From positions 124,613 through 188,612 of the forward strand of contig CAVUBT010000002.1 of assembly GCA_963739855.1 (NCBI GenBank): a DNA stretch of 64,000 nt. The letters are read 5' to 3'. The stretch is from an uncultured Solirubrobacterales bacterium (GTDB lineage: Bacteria; Actinomycetota; Thermoleophilia; Solirubrobacterales; 70-9). The notes under the pieces are model-generated. The model worked only from the letters and a program-made list of their open reading frames with translations. It made no database searches and was not told the origin of the DNA. Shown here in pieces: positions 27,690-39,810 of the stretch. Each line of letters starts with the position of its first letter. Within the stretch, counting starts at the first letter, position 1. A program made the position numbers and the translations under genes.

Positions 27690-28601
27690 CTAGGCCGGAA
27701 CAGCTGCCAAACGGTCCTCGACCCAGCCGGTCGAGGCGATGTGCTTGCTCATGCCCAGTTCCTTCGGCTCGGCGCCGAGCGCCAGGCCGACCAGCTGGGG
27801 GAGATGCAGGACGGCGAGGCCGAGGTCGCGGTTGACGACCTTGGCCGCCTCCGGCTGCTGCATATCGAGGTTGAGGTGGCAGAGCGGGCAGGGGGTGACG
27901 AGGCAGTCGGCGCCGGCGTCGATCGCGTCGCCGACGTGGGTCCCGGCCTGTTTGAGCGAGGTCTCGCGGTTCATCGTGATCACCGGGAAGCCGCAGCATT
28001 TGCGGGCGCCGTCGTACTCGACGACCTCGCCGCCGAGGGCGACGATTACCTGCTCCAGGTAGACGTCGCGGTCGGGGAACTCGGCGTAGCCGAGGCGCTC
28101 CTTGGGGCGGACGATGTAGCAGCCGTAGAAGGGGCCGACCTTGAGGCCCGACAGCGGCCGCTTCACCTGGGCGGCGAGCTTGTCGAGGCCGTAGTCCTCG
28201 ACAAGCAGCCAGAGGAAGTTTTTGTTGTTCCAGGAGCCGTCCTCGGACTTCTCGTAGGCCAGGCCCTGGCCCGAGAGCGCCTCGTTGACGTGGGCGCGGT
28301 AGGAGGAGTCGGCGTCGAGCCGCTGCTGGCACTCCGACTGCGCGCCCTGGCAGGTCGAGCAGATGTTCATCATCGAGAGCCCGGTCTTCTGGGCGAGGGC
28401 GAAGGTGCGGGCGTTGAGCGTGTCGGCCAGCTCCTGGTTGTGCTCGGCGATGACGCCGGCACCGCAGCAGTTGGCGCGGTCGAGGGTGACCAGCTCGATC
28501 CCTAGCTTCTCGGCGACCAGTGCCATCGAGCCGTGCAGCTCGGGCGTGAAGCCGCGCGAGACGCAGCCGGGCCAGTAGGCGACTTTGATCGGCTTGCTCA
28601 C
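27690..28601 (-). CDS. CCG-domain (HdrB/SdhE-like) subunit of the succinate dehydrogenase/fumarate reductase-like complex
   Basis: GTG 28601 behind a GAGGAG SD. Two cysteine-rich CCG motifs (...DRANCCGAG... and ...ARKCCGFPV...CPLCHLN...). A 4-nt overlap links it to sdhB. Confidence 0.8.
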   Translation of the reverse strand: MSKPIKVAYWPGCVSRGFTPELHGSMALVAEKLGIELVTLDRANCCGAGVIAEHNQELADTLNARTFALAQKTGLSMMNICSTCQGAQSECQQRLDADSSYRAHVNEALSGQGLAYEKSEDGSWNNKNFLWLLVEDYGLDKLAAQVKRPLSGLKVGPFYGCYIVRPKERLGYAEFPDRDVYLEQVIVALGGEVVEYDGARKCCGFPVITMNRETSLKQAGTHVGDAIDAGADCLVTPCPLCHLNLDMQQPEAAKVVNRDLGLAVLHLPQLVGLALGAEPKELGMSKHIASTGWVEDRLAAVPA

Positions 28602-29764
28602 GGTGAAGACTCCTCGCTGGTCGGGGCGGTGGCTTTCTCCTTGAAGGCGTCCTCTGCCTCCAGCTCGGCCAGCTCGCCCTCGTCGCCGTTGATGTACAGG
28701 TTGAATTCCTCGTTGTGCTCCTCGGCGTGCTTGTAGATCGCCTTGACCTCGTCCTGGGCGCCGTCGGGGAGCTTGTGGTGGACGCCGGGGATCAGCTTCG
28801 GCAGCGAGCGCATCTTGCCGGTCCTGATGCCGCGGATTGCGATCGGGATCGAGCCGAGCATTTCCTTGATCGCCCGTTTGCTCGGTTTCAGCTTGCCTTT
28901 GACGCCCGGAGCGAAGGACTCCTGCAGCAGCAGCGACTCGTCCAGGGTGCCCTTCTTCTCGATGATCTTGACGAAGGCCATCTCGTGGTCGTGACCGCTG
29001 TTGGGGTCCTCGATCCCCTCTTCGCCGGCCTTGCGGCGCAGGCGCATGATCTGGTCCATCGGCGCCACGTCCTTGGGGCAGGCGTCGACGCAGCTGAAGC
29101 AGTGGGTGCAGTCGTAGATCCCGTGCGGATCCTCGGCGAGGTCGTGCAGGCGCTCTTTGGTCTCGGCGTCGCGCGGGTCGCCGACGAAGCGGTAGGCCTT
29201 GGCCAGCGCCGCCGGGCCGATGAAGTCCGGGTCGGCTTCCATCGAGAGGCAGGAGGAGACGCAGGCGCCGCACTGGATGCAGGCCATCGACTGGGTGATG
29301 TCGAGCATCGATTCCGGGTCGACGATGTACTCGCGCTCGGGCGCCTCGCCGTGGGGGAGGAGCCAGGGGGTGACGCGGCGGATCTTGGTCCAGTGCGTCG
29401 ACTCCATGTCGGTGATCAGGTCCTTGACCACCGGCATGTTGCCCATCGGCTCGATCACGATCACGTTGTCGGAGGTCTCGCCGCCGACCGCGCTCGCCAC
29501 CTTGTCGGCTCTTTCTTGTGCCTCGCCGATCTGGGTCTTGCAGCCGAGGCCGGACTGGCCGTTGATCTTCATCCCGCAGGAGCCGCAGATCGCGGCGCGG
29601 CAGGAGCAGCGCACAGCCAGCGAGCCGTCCTCGCGGTCCTTCACCTGCAGCAGGCTGTCGAGCACCGAGAGCGAGGGCTCGAGGTCGACGTTGAACTCCT
29701 CCCAGTAGGGCCCCTCGCCGCTCTCGGGCTGAAACCTGCGGACTTTGATCTTGTAATCGGCCAT
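28598..29764 (-). CDS. sdhB: succinate dehydrogenase/fumarate reductase iron-sulfur subunit with ~140-aa C-terminal extension
   Basis: [11 protein letters not shown]..., 2Fe-2[23 protein letters not shown] and [12 protein letters not shown] (four Cys). The protein continues ~140 aa beyond the last cluster motif. Confidence 0.85.
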   Translation of the reverse strand: MADYKIKVRRFQPESGEGPYWEEFNVDLEPSLSVLDSLLQVKDREDGSLAVRCSCRAAICGSCGMKINGQSGLGCKTQIGEAQERADKVASAVGGETSDNVIVIEPMGNMPVVKDLITDMESTHWTKIRRVTPWLLPHGEAPEREYIVDPESMLDITQSMACIQCGACVSSCLSMEADPDFIGPAALAKAYRFVGDPRDAETKERLHDLAEDPHGIYDCTHCFSCVDACPKDVAPMDQIMRLRRKAGEEGIEDPNSGHDHEMAFVKIIEKKGTLDESLLLQESFAPGVKGKLKPSKRAIKEMLGSIPIAIRGIRTGKMRSLPKLIPGVHHKLPDGAQDEVKAIYKHAEEHNEEFNLYINGDEGELAELEAEDAFKEKATAPTSEESSP

Positions 29765-31452
29765 CAGTACGTCCTCGCTTCCGGTTCCCACTGGGTGATG
29801 GTCACCTCGGAGTAAGAGATCTCGGGCCCATCGTCGGTCTGCTCGAGGTCGATGTGTTTGAGCCACTCCTCGTCGTTGCGCTCGGGGTAGTCGGTGCGGT
29901 ACTGGGCGCCGCGGCTCTCCTTGCGCTCCAGCGCGGCGAGGCAGGTGCACTCGGCGTTGTCGAGCATGTACCCGAGCTCGATCGCCCCAAGCAGGTCCTG
30001 GTTGAAGACGCTGCCGTGGTCGTCGATGTAGGCCGTCTTCGCCTCCTCCTTCAGGCGCTTGACGATCTCGATCGCTTCCTGGATGCCGGCCTCGTCGCGG
30101 AACACGGCGACTTTGGCGTCCATCGTCTGGCCCAGCTCCAGCTTGATCTCGGAGACGCGGCGGCCGGAGCCCTGCTCGCGCGAGTTGATGTCGGCGATCA
30201 TCGCCTCCTCGTCCTCGAGCACCTTGCGCGACGGCCGTGAGCCCTCGGTCCGCTTGGCGCGGGCGGCGGCGTCGGCGCCGGAGCGGCGGCCGAAGATCAG
30301 CGTGTCGAGCAGCGAGTTGGCGCCGAGGCGGTTGCCGCCGTGGACGGAGACGCAGGCGGTCTCGCCGGCCGAGTAGAGGCCGGGGATGTCGGTGCGGCCG
30401 TCGACGTCGGTCTTGACCCCGCCCATCGTGTAGTGGTTGCCCGGCTTGATGTGGATCGGTTCCTTGGTGATGTCGACGCCGGCGAAGTCGCGGCCGACGA
30501 GGACGATCTCCCGCAGCGCCTCGTGCACGCGCTTTTTCGGGACCACGGTGACGTCGAGGGCGACGGTGCCGTCGGGGAAGCCGCGGCCCTCGTTGATCTC
30601 GGTCTGCTCGGCGCGGGAGACGACGTCGCGCGAGGCCAGCTCCATCTTGTTCGGCGCGTACTTCTCCATGAAGCGTTCGCCGTTGGCGTTGAGCAGGTGG
30701 GCGCCCTCGCCGCGGGCGCCCTCGGTGATCAGGAAGCCCTTGCCCGCCAGCGTCGTCGGGTGGTACTGGATCATCTCCATGTCCATCAGCTTGGCGCCGA
30801 CCCGGTAGGCCATCGCGATGCCGTCGCCGGTGCAGATCAGCGCGTTGGTGGTCGGCTTCCAGACCTGGCCGTTGCCGCCGCAGGCGAGGATCACCGACTT
30901 CGCCTCGAACAGCTCCATCGAGCCGTCGGCGACGTTGCGGGTGACGACGCCGCAGCACTCGCCGTTCTCGTCCATCGCCAGGGCGGTGCTGAACCACTCC
31001 TCGTAGCGGGCGACCGAGTCCGAATATTTCATCAGCTGCTCGTAGAGCACGTGCATGATCGCCTGGCCAGTGATGTCGGCGACGTAGTACGTGCGGGCGG
31101 CGGAGGCGCCGCCGAAGGCGCGGGTGCCCAGCTTGCCTTCCTCGTTGCGGTGGAAGGTGACGCCGAGGTGCTCGAGGTGGAGGATCTCCTCCGGTGCCTC
31201 CCGGGTCATGATTTCGATCGCGTCCTGGTCGCCGAGGTAGTCGGAGCCCTTGATCGTGTCGAAAGCGTGTGACTCCCAGGAGTCGCCGGGGTTGAGCGCG
31301 GCGTTGATCCCGCCCTGCGCTGCGTTGGAGTGGGAGCGGACCGGGTGGACCTTGCTGATGATCCCCACCGATACACCTTCCTCGGCGGCCGCGAGGGCGG
31401 CGCGCTGGCCGGCGAGGCCGGCGCCAATTACGAGAACGTCATGAGTGGGCAC
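29764..31452 (-). CDS. sdhA: succinate dehydrogenase/fumarate reductase flavoprotein subunit
   Basis: GTG 31452: [23 protein letters not shown]..., covalent-FAD motif [16 protein letters not shown], ...HYTMGGV..., ...[16 protein letters not shown]... Confidence 0.9.
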   Translation of the reverse strand: MPTHDVLVIGAGLAGQRAALAAAEEGVSVGIISKVHPVRSHSNAAQGGINAALNPGDSWESHAFDTIKGSDYLGDQDAIEIMTREAPEEILHLEHLGVTFHRNEEGKLGTRAFGGASAARTYYVADITGQAIMHVLYEQLMKYSDSVARYEEWFSTALAMDENGECCGVVTRNVADGSMELFEAKSVILACGGNGQVWKPTTNALICTGDGIAMAYRVGAKLMDMEMIQYHPTTLAGKGFLITEGARGEGAHLLNANGERFMEKYAPNKMELASRDVVSRAEQTEINEGRGFPDGTVALDVTVVPKKRVHEALREIVLVGRDFAGVDITKEPIHIKPGNHYTMGGVKTDVDGRTDIPGLYSAGETACVSVHGGNRLGANSLLDTLIFGRRSGADAAARAKRTEGSRPSRKVLEDEEAMIADINSREQGSGRRVSEIKLELGQTMDAKVAVFRDEAGIQEAIEIVKRLKEEAKTAYIDDHGSVFNQDLLGAIELGYMLDNAECTCLAALERKESRGAQYRTDYPERNDEEWLKHIDLEQTDDGPEISYSEVTITQWEPEARTY

Positions 31453-31508
31453 GGCGCCGGACTCTATAGCGCGAAAATCCGACCCCGCAGTCGGAATTCG
31501 CAGCTGGG

Positions 31509-31574
31509 CGGGGTCGGGGGAGGACCCGCTGGAGCAACAGCGGGGAGGCTCCAGCGGGTCCTCCCCCGACCCCG
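31509..31574. terminator. perfect 27-bp GC-rich hairpin between the M28 peptidase gene and sdhA
   Basis: CGGGGTCGGGGGAGGACCCGCTGGAGC (31509-31535), loop AACAGCGGGGAG, GCTCCAGCGGGTCCTCCCCCGACCCCG (31548-31574). A second small hairpin plus ATTTTC follows on the - strand at ~31474-31495. Confidence 0.6.
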
Positions 31575-31600
31575 GATCAGAAGCTAGGTTCTCCAGTCGC

Positions 31601-32797
31601 TCAGAGCCAGCGTTCGCCGAGCCTGCGGATCGCTGCCTCGCTGAGCTGGATGGCACTGCTGACCGAGCCGAAGTCGACGTTCTCGGCGAGGTCGTGCCAC
31701 CAGTGGTAGTTGGCGGGCTGCTTGAGATCGGTGCAGCCGGCGATCACCGCGGTCTCGTATCCGGCGGCCAGCGGCTCCAGTCCGTCGGTGCCGTTGTGCA
31801 GGCGCAGGTTGGGGTAGAGCCAGATCCCCATCTCCTCCGCCAGCCCGTCGATGAAGGCGAGCGCCCGGGGCGGGTAGTCGTGCAGCTTGAGGAAGCCCTC
31901 CGCGCGCAGGGCCAGCAGGTGCGGCGAGCCGATCGACTCGAGGCAGAGGAAGAAGGTCCCCTCCCTGGGCAGGGAGGGGAAGTGGCGTTCGCCGAAGGCT
32001 TTGATCCCCTCGCTGAAGGACTCCTCGGAGCCGACCGAGAGCAGGATCACCCTGATCCCCTCCGGTGGCTCCGCGACGAAGCGCTGGGCCAGGGCCAGCT
32101 CGGCGACGACCGCGGTGCCGTTGTCGTTGGCGCCGGGGACGACCTTGCGCGCGCCGATGTCGGCCATCGCCGCCATCGAACCAAGACCGAGGAAGAGGCC
32201 GAGCTTGGCGAGCAGCCGCTTGCCGGTCAGGGCGCCGAGCCCGGCGAGCAGCGGCCCGCCGACGACCGGCGCCATCAGCATCGGGCTGGTGTCGCTCTTC
32301 TCGATCAGGCCGAGGCGGTCGGCGATCAGCGGGATCTGCGGGTGGAAGACGAGGCCGGAGTGGGCGGAGTCGTGGTGGGAGATGACGACGACGGTGCGCT
32401 CGGCCTCGGGGTCGCCCAGTTCGCAGACCACGTTGTAGGTGGTGCGTTTGGGCAGCAGCCGTCGTAGGCGCCGGTGTCCGGGAGGGAAGTCGTCGGCGAT
32501 GCCGGCCGCGCCGAGGGCTCCCAGGACGGCGCCCGGCAGGCGCCGTCGGCGCAGCGCCGCGACGGCCCCAAGCGCTCCCAGCGCCGCGCCGATCCCGAGC
32601 GGCCACCAGTAGGTGCCGTGCGCCGGCTCGGCCTCGATCCGCGCCTCGGCGCCGAGCTCGGCGAAGCCTGCGACCAGCCACTCGGCGGCCCGGCGCTCGC
32701 CCTCGGAGGCGGAGGGGCGGTCGATTCGCTCCAGTTCCTCAAGGCGCTCCCGCAGCCAATTCTGCTCCGTCTCCATAGAGCGCGAGAAGCTACCCAC
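31601..32797 (-). CDS. M28-family metallopeptidase-like membrane-associated protein
   Basis: ...[13 protein letters not shown]..., ...[18 protein letters not shown]..., ...[14 protein letters not shown]... resemble the M28 zinc-ligand blocks. Hydrophobic insert segments are present. The start is GTG 32797 or ATG 32776. Confidence 0.65.
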   Translation of the reverse strand: MGSFSRSMETEQNWLRERLEELERIDRPSASEGERRAAEWLVAGFAELGAEARIEAEPAHGTYWWPLGIGAALGALGAVAALRRRRLPGAVLGALGAAGIADDFPPGHRRLRRLLPKRTTYNVVCELGDPEAERTVVVISHHDSAHSGLVFHPQIPLIADRLGLIEKSDTSPMLMAPVVGGPLLAGLGALTGKRLLAKLGLFLGLGSMAAMADIGARKVVPGANDNGTAVVAELALAQRFVAEPPEGIRVILLSVGSEESFSEGIKAFGERHFPSLPREGTFFLCLESIGSPHLLALRAEGFLKLHDYPPRALAFIDGLAEEMGIWLYPNLRLHNGTDGLEPLAAGYETAVIAGCTDLKQPANYHWWHDLAENVDFGSVSSAIQLSEAAIRRLGERWL

Positions 32798-32810
32798 TTA
32801 CCATGGGGCA

Positions 32811-33986
32811 ATGCTCGGCGGCGGCTCCTTCACCCTCTTCCACGTTCGCGGGATCAAGATCTCCGTCGACTGGTCCTGGTTTCTGGTCCTCTTCTTCGTG
32901 ATCTTCTGGATGTCGCAGTTCTACGGCGACCTGCTCGGGGAGTCCGGATCGGCCGCGACTCCCTTCCTGCTGGCGGTGCTCAGCGCCGCCGGTTTCTTCG
33001 GCTCGATCGTCCTCCACGAGCTTGGCCACGCGGTGGCGGCGGTGCGCAACGGGATCGGCATCTCCGGCATCCAGCTCTGGATCTTCGGCGGCATGGCGCG
33101 AATGGACCGCGAAGCCGACAGCCCCGGCACCGAACTGAAGGTGGCGCTGGCCGGCCCGCTGGTGACGCTGGCGATCATCGTCGTCCTCACCGCCGGCGGC
33201 ATCGCCGCGGTCGGGGCCCACGAGTTCAAGGAAGCGGCGATCCTCGAATCCAACTCGGGCGCCTCGGGGTTCGTCGCGATGATCGCCTGGCTGGCGACGA
33301 TCAACGCCCTGGTCCTGGTCTTCAACCTGCTGCCGGCCTTCCCGATGGACGGCGGCCGCGTCGCCCGTGCGATCGCCTGGTGGCGGACCGGCGACCGCAC
33401 CGCGGCGACCCGTTTCGCCGCCAACCTCGGTCGCGTCTTCGGCTACCTCTTCATGGCGGGCGGTCTCTACCTGATCCTGACCGGCGCCTTCTTCGGCGGC
33501 GTCTGGCTGGCGCTGATCGGGATGGTCGTCAACGGCTCTGCCCGCGGCGCCGCGATGCAGACGCGGATCACCAGCAAGATCGACAGCATCCTCGTCGCCG
33601 ACGTGATGGACCGCGAACCGGTCGCGATCCCCGGCGACATCAGCGTCGAACGTGCGCTCGACGAGTACTTCCTGCGCTACCGCTGGCCCTGGTTCCCGGT
33701 CGTCGACGCCGCCCACCGCTTCCTCGGCCTGCTCGAACGCGACCGCGCCGACGAGGTGCCTGAGGTGTCGCGGGCCAACTCCCACGTCTCCGATCTGATC
33801 GACGCCGACCAGGGGCTCTTCATCAGGGACGACACGCCGCTCGACTCGCTGCTCAGCAACCAGAACCTGCGCAGGCTGGGCGCGCTGATGGCCGTCGATG
33901 CGGACGGGCGCCTCTCCGGCGTGATCACGGTCGAGCAGGTGGGCCGGGCGTTGCGAGATGCGACGGCGGGACCGGGACAGCTTTAA
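32811..33986 (+). CDS. M50-family (site-2 protease-like) metalloprotease with C-terminal CBS pair
   Basis: MLGGGSFTLFHVRGIKISVDWSW..., HELGH motif (VLHELGHAVAA), ...NLLPAFPMDGGRV..., CBS-like C-terminus. Confidence 0.85.
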   Translation: MLGGGSFTLFHVRGIKISVDWSWFLVLFFVIFWMSQFYGDLLGESGSAATPFLLAVLSAAGFFGSIVLHELGHAVAAVRNGIGISGIQLWIFGGMARMDREADSPGTELKVALAGPLVTLAIIVVLTAGGIAAVGAHEFKEAAILESNSGASGFVAMIAWLATINALVLVFNLLPAFPMDGGRVARAIAWWRTGDRTAATRFAANLGRVFGYLFMAGGLYLILTGAFFGGVWLALIGMVVNGSARGAAMQTRITSKIDSILVADVMDREPVAIPGDISVERALDEYFLRYRWPWFPVVDAAHRFLGLLERDRADEVPEVSRANSHVSDLIDADQGLFIRDDTPLDSLLSNQNLRRLGALMAVDADGRLSGVITVEQVGRALRDATAGPGQL

Positions 33987-35653
33987 GCGGCGGGGGAGTG
34001 TCTGGCGATGATCCTTTGGAAGTCGGTGCCGGCGGGGAGCGTGCCGAAGGCCTGGCCCCAGTCGCCGCTGAGGCGGGAGGCGCAGAAGGCGTCGGCCACG
34101 GCCTCGTCGCCGTAGCGGACCAAGAGTGAGGCTTGGAGGGCGAGCGCCATCTTCTCGACGACGTGGCGGGCGCGGACCTCGATCGTCTCGACGTCCCCCG
34201 GAATCTCATCGCGCAGGGAAGCGGCGTAGGCGTCCAGCCGCGGCTCGCTCACCGCGCCCTCCTGGACCTCGGCGAAGAAGGCCTCGAGCGCGGCGGGGGA
34301 CTTGATCATCGCTCGCAGCACGTCGAGGCACTGGACGTTGCCGGAGCCCTCCCAGATCGAGTTCAGCGGACTCTCGCGGAAGAGCCGGGGCATGCCCGAC
34401 TCCTCGACGTAGCCGTTGCCGCCGAGGCACTCCAGCGCCTCGCCGGCGTGCATCGGGGCACGCTTGCAGATCCAGTACTTGAGCACGGCGTTGGCGATCC
34501 GCTTCAGGTTGGCGGCCTCCTCGTCGCCGCCGATCGCCTCGTCGTAGGCGCGGGCCAGGCGCAGCGCCGAGATCGTCGCCGCCTCGGACTCGACCGCGAG
34601 GTCGGCGAGCACGTTGCGCATCAGCGGTTGCTCGCTCAGCTGGCGGCCGAAGACCGAGCGGTGCGAGGCGTGGTGGATCGCCTGCGCGACTCCCGCCCGC
34701 ATCCCGGTGGCGCCGCCCATCACGCAGTCGAGGCGGGTGTGGTTGACCATCTCGATGATCGTCCGCACCCCGGCGCCCTCCTCGCCGACCAGCCAGGCCG
34801 AGGCGGCGTCGAACTCGATCTCGCTGGAGGCGTTGGAGCGGTTGCCGAGCTTGTCCTTGAGCCGCTGCAGGCGGAAGCGGTTGCGCTCGCCGTCAGGCGT
34901 CCAGCGTGGGAAGAGGAAGCAGGAGATGCCGCCATCGGCCTGGGCGAGGACGAGGAAGGCGTCGCACATCGGCGCCGACATGAACCACTTGTGCCCGCTC
35001 AGTTCGTACTCGGCCCCGGGCCCGCCGCCGTTGACCGCTCGCGCGACCGTCGTGTTGGCGCGGACGTCGGTGCCGCCCTGCTTCTCGGTCATCCCCATCC
35101 CGGCCAGGGCGCCGGACTTCCCCGGCGCCGGCGTGTTGCGCGGGTCGTACTCGGAGGAGAGGAAGCGCGGCTCCCACTCGGCGGCCAGCTCGGGCTGGGT
35201 GCGCAGGGCGGGGATCACCGAGTACGTCATCGAAATCGGGCAGCCGACCCCGGCCTCGGCCTGCGACATGCACATGAAGGCGGCGCCGCGGGCGACGTGG
35301 GCACCCGGCCGCGGGTCCTTCCAGGGGGAGGAGTGCAGCTCGTACTCGACCGACTTGCCCAGCAGCTCGTGCCAGGCGGGATGGAACTCGGCCTCGTCGA
35401 CGCGGTGGCCGTAGCGGTCGTGGGTGCGCAGCTTCGGCCCGTTCTCGTTGGCGAGCCGGCCCAGGGTCTGAGCGCGCTCGCTGCCGGCGTACTCGCCGAC
35501 GGCCGCGATCCGCGCCTCGGCCCACTCGGCGCCCTCGCGACGGACCGCCTCGACCAGTGGTCGATCGGCCGCGAAGACGTTGTAGTCGGTCAGCGGCGGC
35601 GGCTGGTTGACCACCCCGTGGTTGCCGATGTGCGATCGCTCCGCAGTTGCCAT
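33983..35653 (-). CDS. AidB-like acyl-CoA dehydrogenase family protein
   Basis: ATG 35653 (MATAERSH...). ...GMGMTEKQGGTDVRANTT...YELSGHKWFMSAPMCDAFLVLAQ...EALECLGGNGYVEESGMPRLFRESPLNSIWEGSGNV... The upstream part of the listed 991-aa ORF is antisense to icd. Confidence 0.85.
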   Translation of the reverse strand: MATAERSHIGNHGVVNQPPPLTDYNVFAADRPLVEAVRREGAEWAEARIAAVGEYAGSERAQTLGRLANENGPKLRTHDRYGHRVDEAEFHPAWHELLGKSVEYELHSSPWKDPRPGAHVARGAAFMCMSQAEAGVGCPISMTYSVIPALRTQPELAAEWEPRFLSSEYDPRNTPAPGKSGALAGMGMTEKQGGTDVRANTTVARAVNGGGPGAEYELSGHKWFMSAPMCDAFLVLAQADGGISCFLFPRWTPDGERNRFRLQRLKDKLGNRSNASSEIEFDAASAWLVGEEGAGVRTIIEMVNHTRLDCVMGGATGMRAGVAQAIHHASHRSVFGRQLSEQPLMRNVLADLAVESEAATISALRLARAYDEAIGGDEEAANLKRIANAVLKYWICKRAPMHAGEALECLGGNGYVEESGMPRLFRESPLNSIWEGSGNVQCLDVLRAMIKSPAALEAFFAEVQEGAVSEPRLDAYAASLRDEIPGDVETIEVRARHVVEKMALALQASLLVRYGDEAVADAFCASRLSGDWGQAFGTLPAGTDFQRIIARHSPAA

Positions 35654-35734
35654 CCCGTACCGATTGTGGCAGTTCCGGCGCTTTCCGCGCCGGTGACGCG
35701 AGCGACGCTGCCAGGTAGATAGCATCGCCCGCCG

Positions 35735-37971
<2,237 letters not shown>

Positions 37972-37982
37972 CCGGAACGCAA

Positions 37983-38009
37983 AGAGGCCGGCCCATTGGG
38001 CCGGCCTCT
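37983..38009. terminator. bidirectional hairpin between mdh (+) and the 38033-38428 gene (-)
   Basis: AGAGGCCGGCCCA-T-TGGGCCGGCCTCT, perfect 13-bp arms. On the - strand it is followed by TTTGCGTT. Confidence 0.65.
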
Positions 38010-38032
38010 CGAAGTCACGGTGGGGCTGGGAC

Positions 38033-38428
38033 TCAGCCGGTCGGGTAGTACTGGCGACCGTCCTTTTTGACCCGTCCCTCTTTCTCGAGGTCACCGAGTA
38101 CCCGGTAGAGGTAGTTCGGCTTGATCTTCATCTGCTTTGCCACGTCCGAAGCGCTGATACCGGGTGCGCCCTCGATCAGGCTCACGGCCTGGTCGGCACG
38201 GGTGCCACCACGGCGTTTGCGGCGTTTGCGAGGTTTGGCGGCAGTCGGGGCGCTCGCGCTGGTCGCGGTGGATTTGCTGCCACGCGGGCGACCAGGTGCG
38301 CGCCGGGTAGTTTTGCCACCAAGCTCGGCCAGGGCGCGCTCGAGGCGCTTACGCTCCTCGTCGAGATCGGCGAGACGCTTCTGAACCAGGTCTCGAGCCT
38401 CGTCGAGTACGTTCGTCGTACTGGGCAT
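38033..38428 (-). CDS. small DNA-binding protein (coiled coil + basic linker + winged-helix-like C-terminus)
   Basis: ATG 38428 with an AAAGGAAA SD is preferred over ATG 38443. ...LDEERKRLERALAELGG..., a basic PRKRRKRRGG segment, ...ISASDVAKQMKIKPNYLYRVLGDLEKEGRVKKDG... Confidence 0.6.
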   Translation of the reverse strand: MPSTTNVLDEARDLVQKRLADLDEERKRLERALAELGGKTTRRAPGRPRGSKSTATSASAPTAAKPRKRRKRRGGTRADQAVSLIEGAPGISASDVAKQMKIKPNYLYRVLGDLEKEGRVKKDGRQYYPTG

Positions 38429-38443
38429 CGGTTTCCTTTCCAT

Positions 38444-38461
38444 GCAAAAATCAGTTTTTGC
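38444..38461. promoter_or_regulatory. palindrome immediately upstream of the 38033-38428 gene
   Basis: GCAAAAA-TCAG-TTTTTGC, followed by an AT-rich TATATA-containing stretch with TGACT-N8-AGTCA (about 38499-38516). Confidence 0.35.
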
Positions 38462-38722
38462 TTCCTTAGTGGAGAGTGTGGCACAGCGATACTCACTGTG
38501 ACTCTTTATATAGTCAGAATCGCTCCCGCAACTGGCCGTTTGGATGAAATGACACCGATTTTGGTGTCGAATCGGTTAGCTGGAGCGCTCGGACAAAGCG
38601 CGAGACTGACGAGTACCAACGCAAACAAAGCGACGGCTGACGAACCTCATCGTGGCCGACGTGTGGACTGTGCGGATCGCCCTCTTCGTTAGAGGGGCAG
38701 CCGCCTTCCCTTCGACGGCCGT

Positions 38723-39421
38723 CTAGCGGTTGCGTTTGCGCGGCAGGGTGCGGAAGACCGCGTCCCAGATCGGCGAGGAGACGCCGTAGCCGAAGCGGTG
38801 ATCCTGGAAGTGGTGGCGCATATGCTGCTCGCGCAGTTTCTTGCCGAGCTCGGATTTCGGCACGAAGTGGTGCACGTAGTAGTGCGTGTAGTCGTAGGCG
38901 AGGTAGCCGAAGATGAAGCCGCCGAAGAGCGGGAAGGCGACTGGGCTGCCGAAGATCAGCCAGAAGGCTCCGAAGAAGAGCGCCGCCAGGGGGATCGAGA
39001 CCGAGGGCGGCATCACCAGTCGCATCTTGTCGTTGGGATGGTCGTGGTGGATGCCGTGGATGATGAAGTGCATGCGGCGGCCGAAGGCGTTGTCCGGCTC
39101 CCAGTGGAAGACGAGGCGGTGCAGCCAGTACTCCGTCAGCGTCCAGATCCCGATTCCGGCCAGGGTCAGCAGGATCAGCGAGAGGGCGCCGTAGCCGCGG
39201 TCGACTCCCAGCCACTCCATCGCGACGACCACCGGCACGAAGACGACCGCCGGCACGGCGGGGTGCACGCGGGAGAAGAAATTGAGGAATTCGCTCTTGA
39301 AGAGCGGGGGGGATGCCGAGAGCTTCTCGGTGCGATCGTGAGCCTCCATCGGGGGCCAATAGTAGCGACGGGCTCCGGTGGCCCCGCAAGACGCGGGGAA
39401 CATGTGACGACTCTGTGTCAA
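38723..39421 (-). CDS. fatty acid hydroxylase / sterol desaturase superfamily membrane protein
   Basis: Histidine boxes HRLVFH, HGIHHDHP, HYYVHH and HMRHHF. The start is uncertain (TTG 39421 or ATG 39349). Confidence 0.8.
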   Translation of the reverse strand: MTQSRHMFPASCGATGARRYYWPPMEAHDRTEKLSASPPLFKSEFLNFFSRVHPAVPAVVFVPVVVAMEWLGVDRGYGALSLILLTLAGIGIWTLTEYWLHRLVFHWEPDNAFGRRMHFIIHGIHHDHPNDKMRLVMPPSVSIPLAALFFGAFWLIFGSPVAFPLFGGFIFGYLAYDYTHYYVHHFVPKSELGKKLREQHMRHHFQDHRFGYGVSSPIWDAVFRTLPRKRNR

Positions 39422-39485
39422 AGAGGTAGCGATTTGCGGAATTGCTCCTCACGCAAGCGTCACGGCGCTGCCACTATGCCCCCGC

Positions 39486-39668
39486 ATGCCACGCAAGCCA
39501 AAGCCGCCGACCTGCGAGGACTGCTACTTCCACAAGAACATGCTCTGCGCCCTGGAGCTGCAGGAGCCCTGCGCGACCTTCCGCCCCAACCGCCCCGAGG
39601 GCCTGGTTCCGCCGCGCCAGCCCGTGCTTCTCATGCGGGCACCGCGCTGGGCTTCTCGCCCCGCTTAG
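39486..39668 (+). CDS. small Cys-containing hypothetical protein
   Basis: 60 aa, MPRKPKPPTCEDCYFHKNMLCALELQEPCATFRP..., with GC3-rich codon usage consistent with coding. Four Cys. No family recognised. Confidence 0.45.
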   Translation: MPRKPKPPTCEDCYFHKNMLCALELQEPCATFRPNRPEGLVPPRQPVLLMRAPRWASRPA

Positions 39669-39692
39669 GCCCTCAGTTCTTCAGGTGCGTGG

Positions 39693-39810
39693 GGGAGAGG
39701 TGGGGTGCCCTTCCGCTTGCTGGGATTTTCGCCGTGAGCCCTGTCTCTCTCGCCGAGTCGCCGGGGCGAAAATCAGGACGCCGCGCGCTCCAGGGCACCC
39801 CACCTCTCCC
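39693..39810. repeat. ~118-bp palindromic element, copy 1
   Basis: 18-bp perfect terminal inverted repeat GGGAGAGGTGGGGTGCCC / GGGCACCCCACCTCTCCC. Internal GATTTTCGCC / GGCGAAAATC pairing. It is the reverse complement of copy 2 over both flanks. Confidence 0.9.

Noticed and set aside
38498-38692. 64-aa + strand ORF in the 38.45-38.72 kb gap
   Set aside because: It has no SD and atypical composition, and it runs through several hairpins. It is more likely non-coding.
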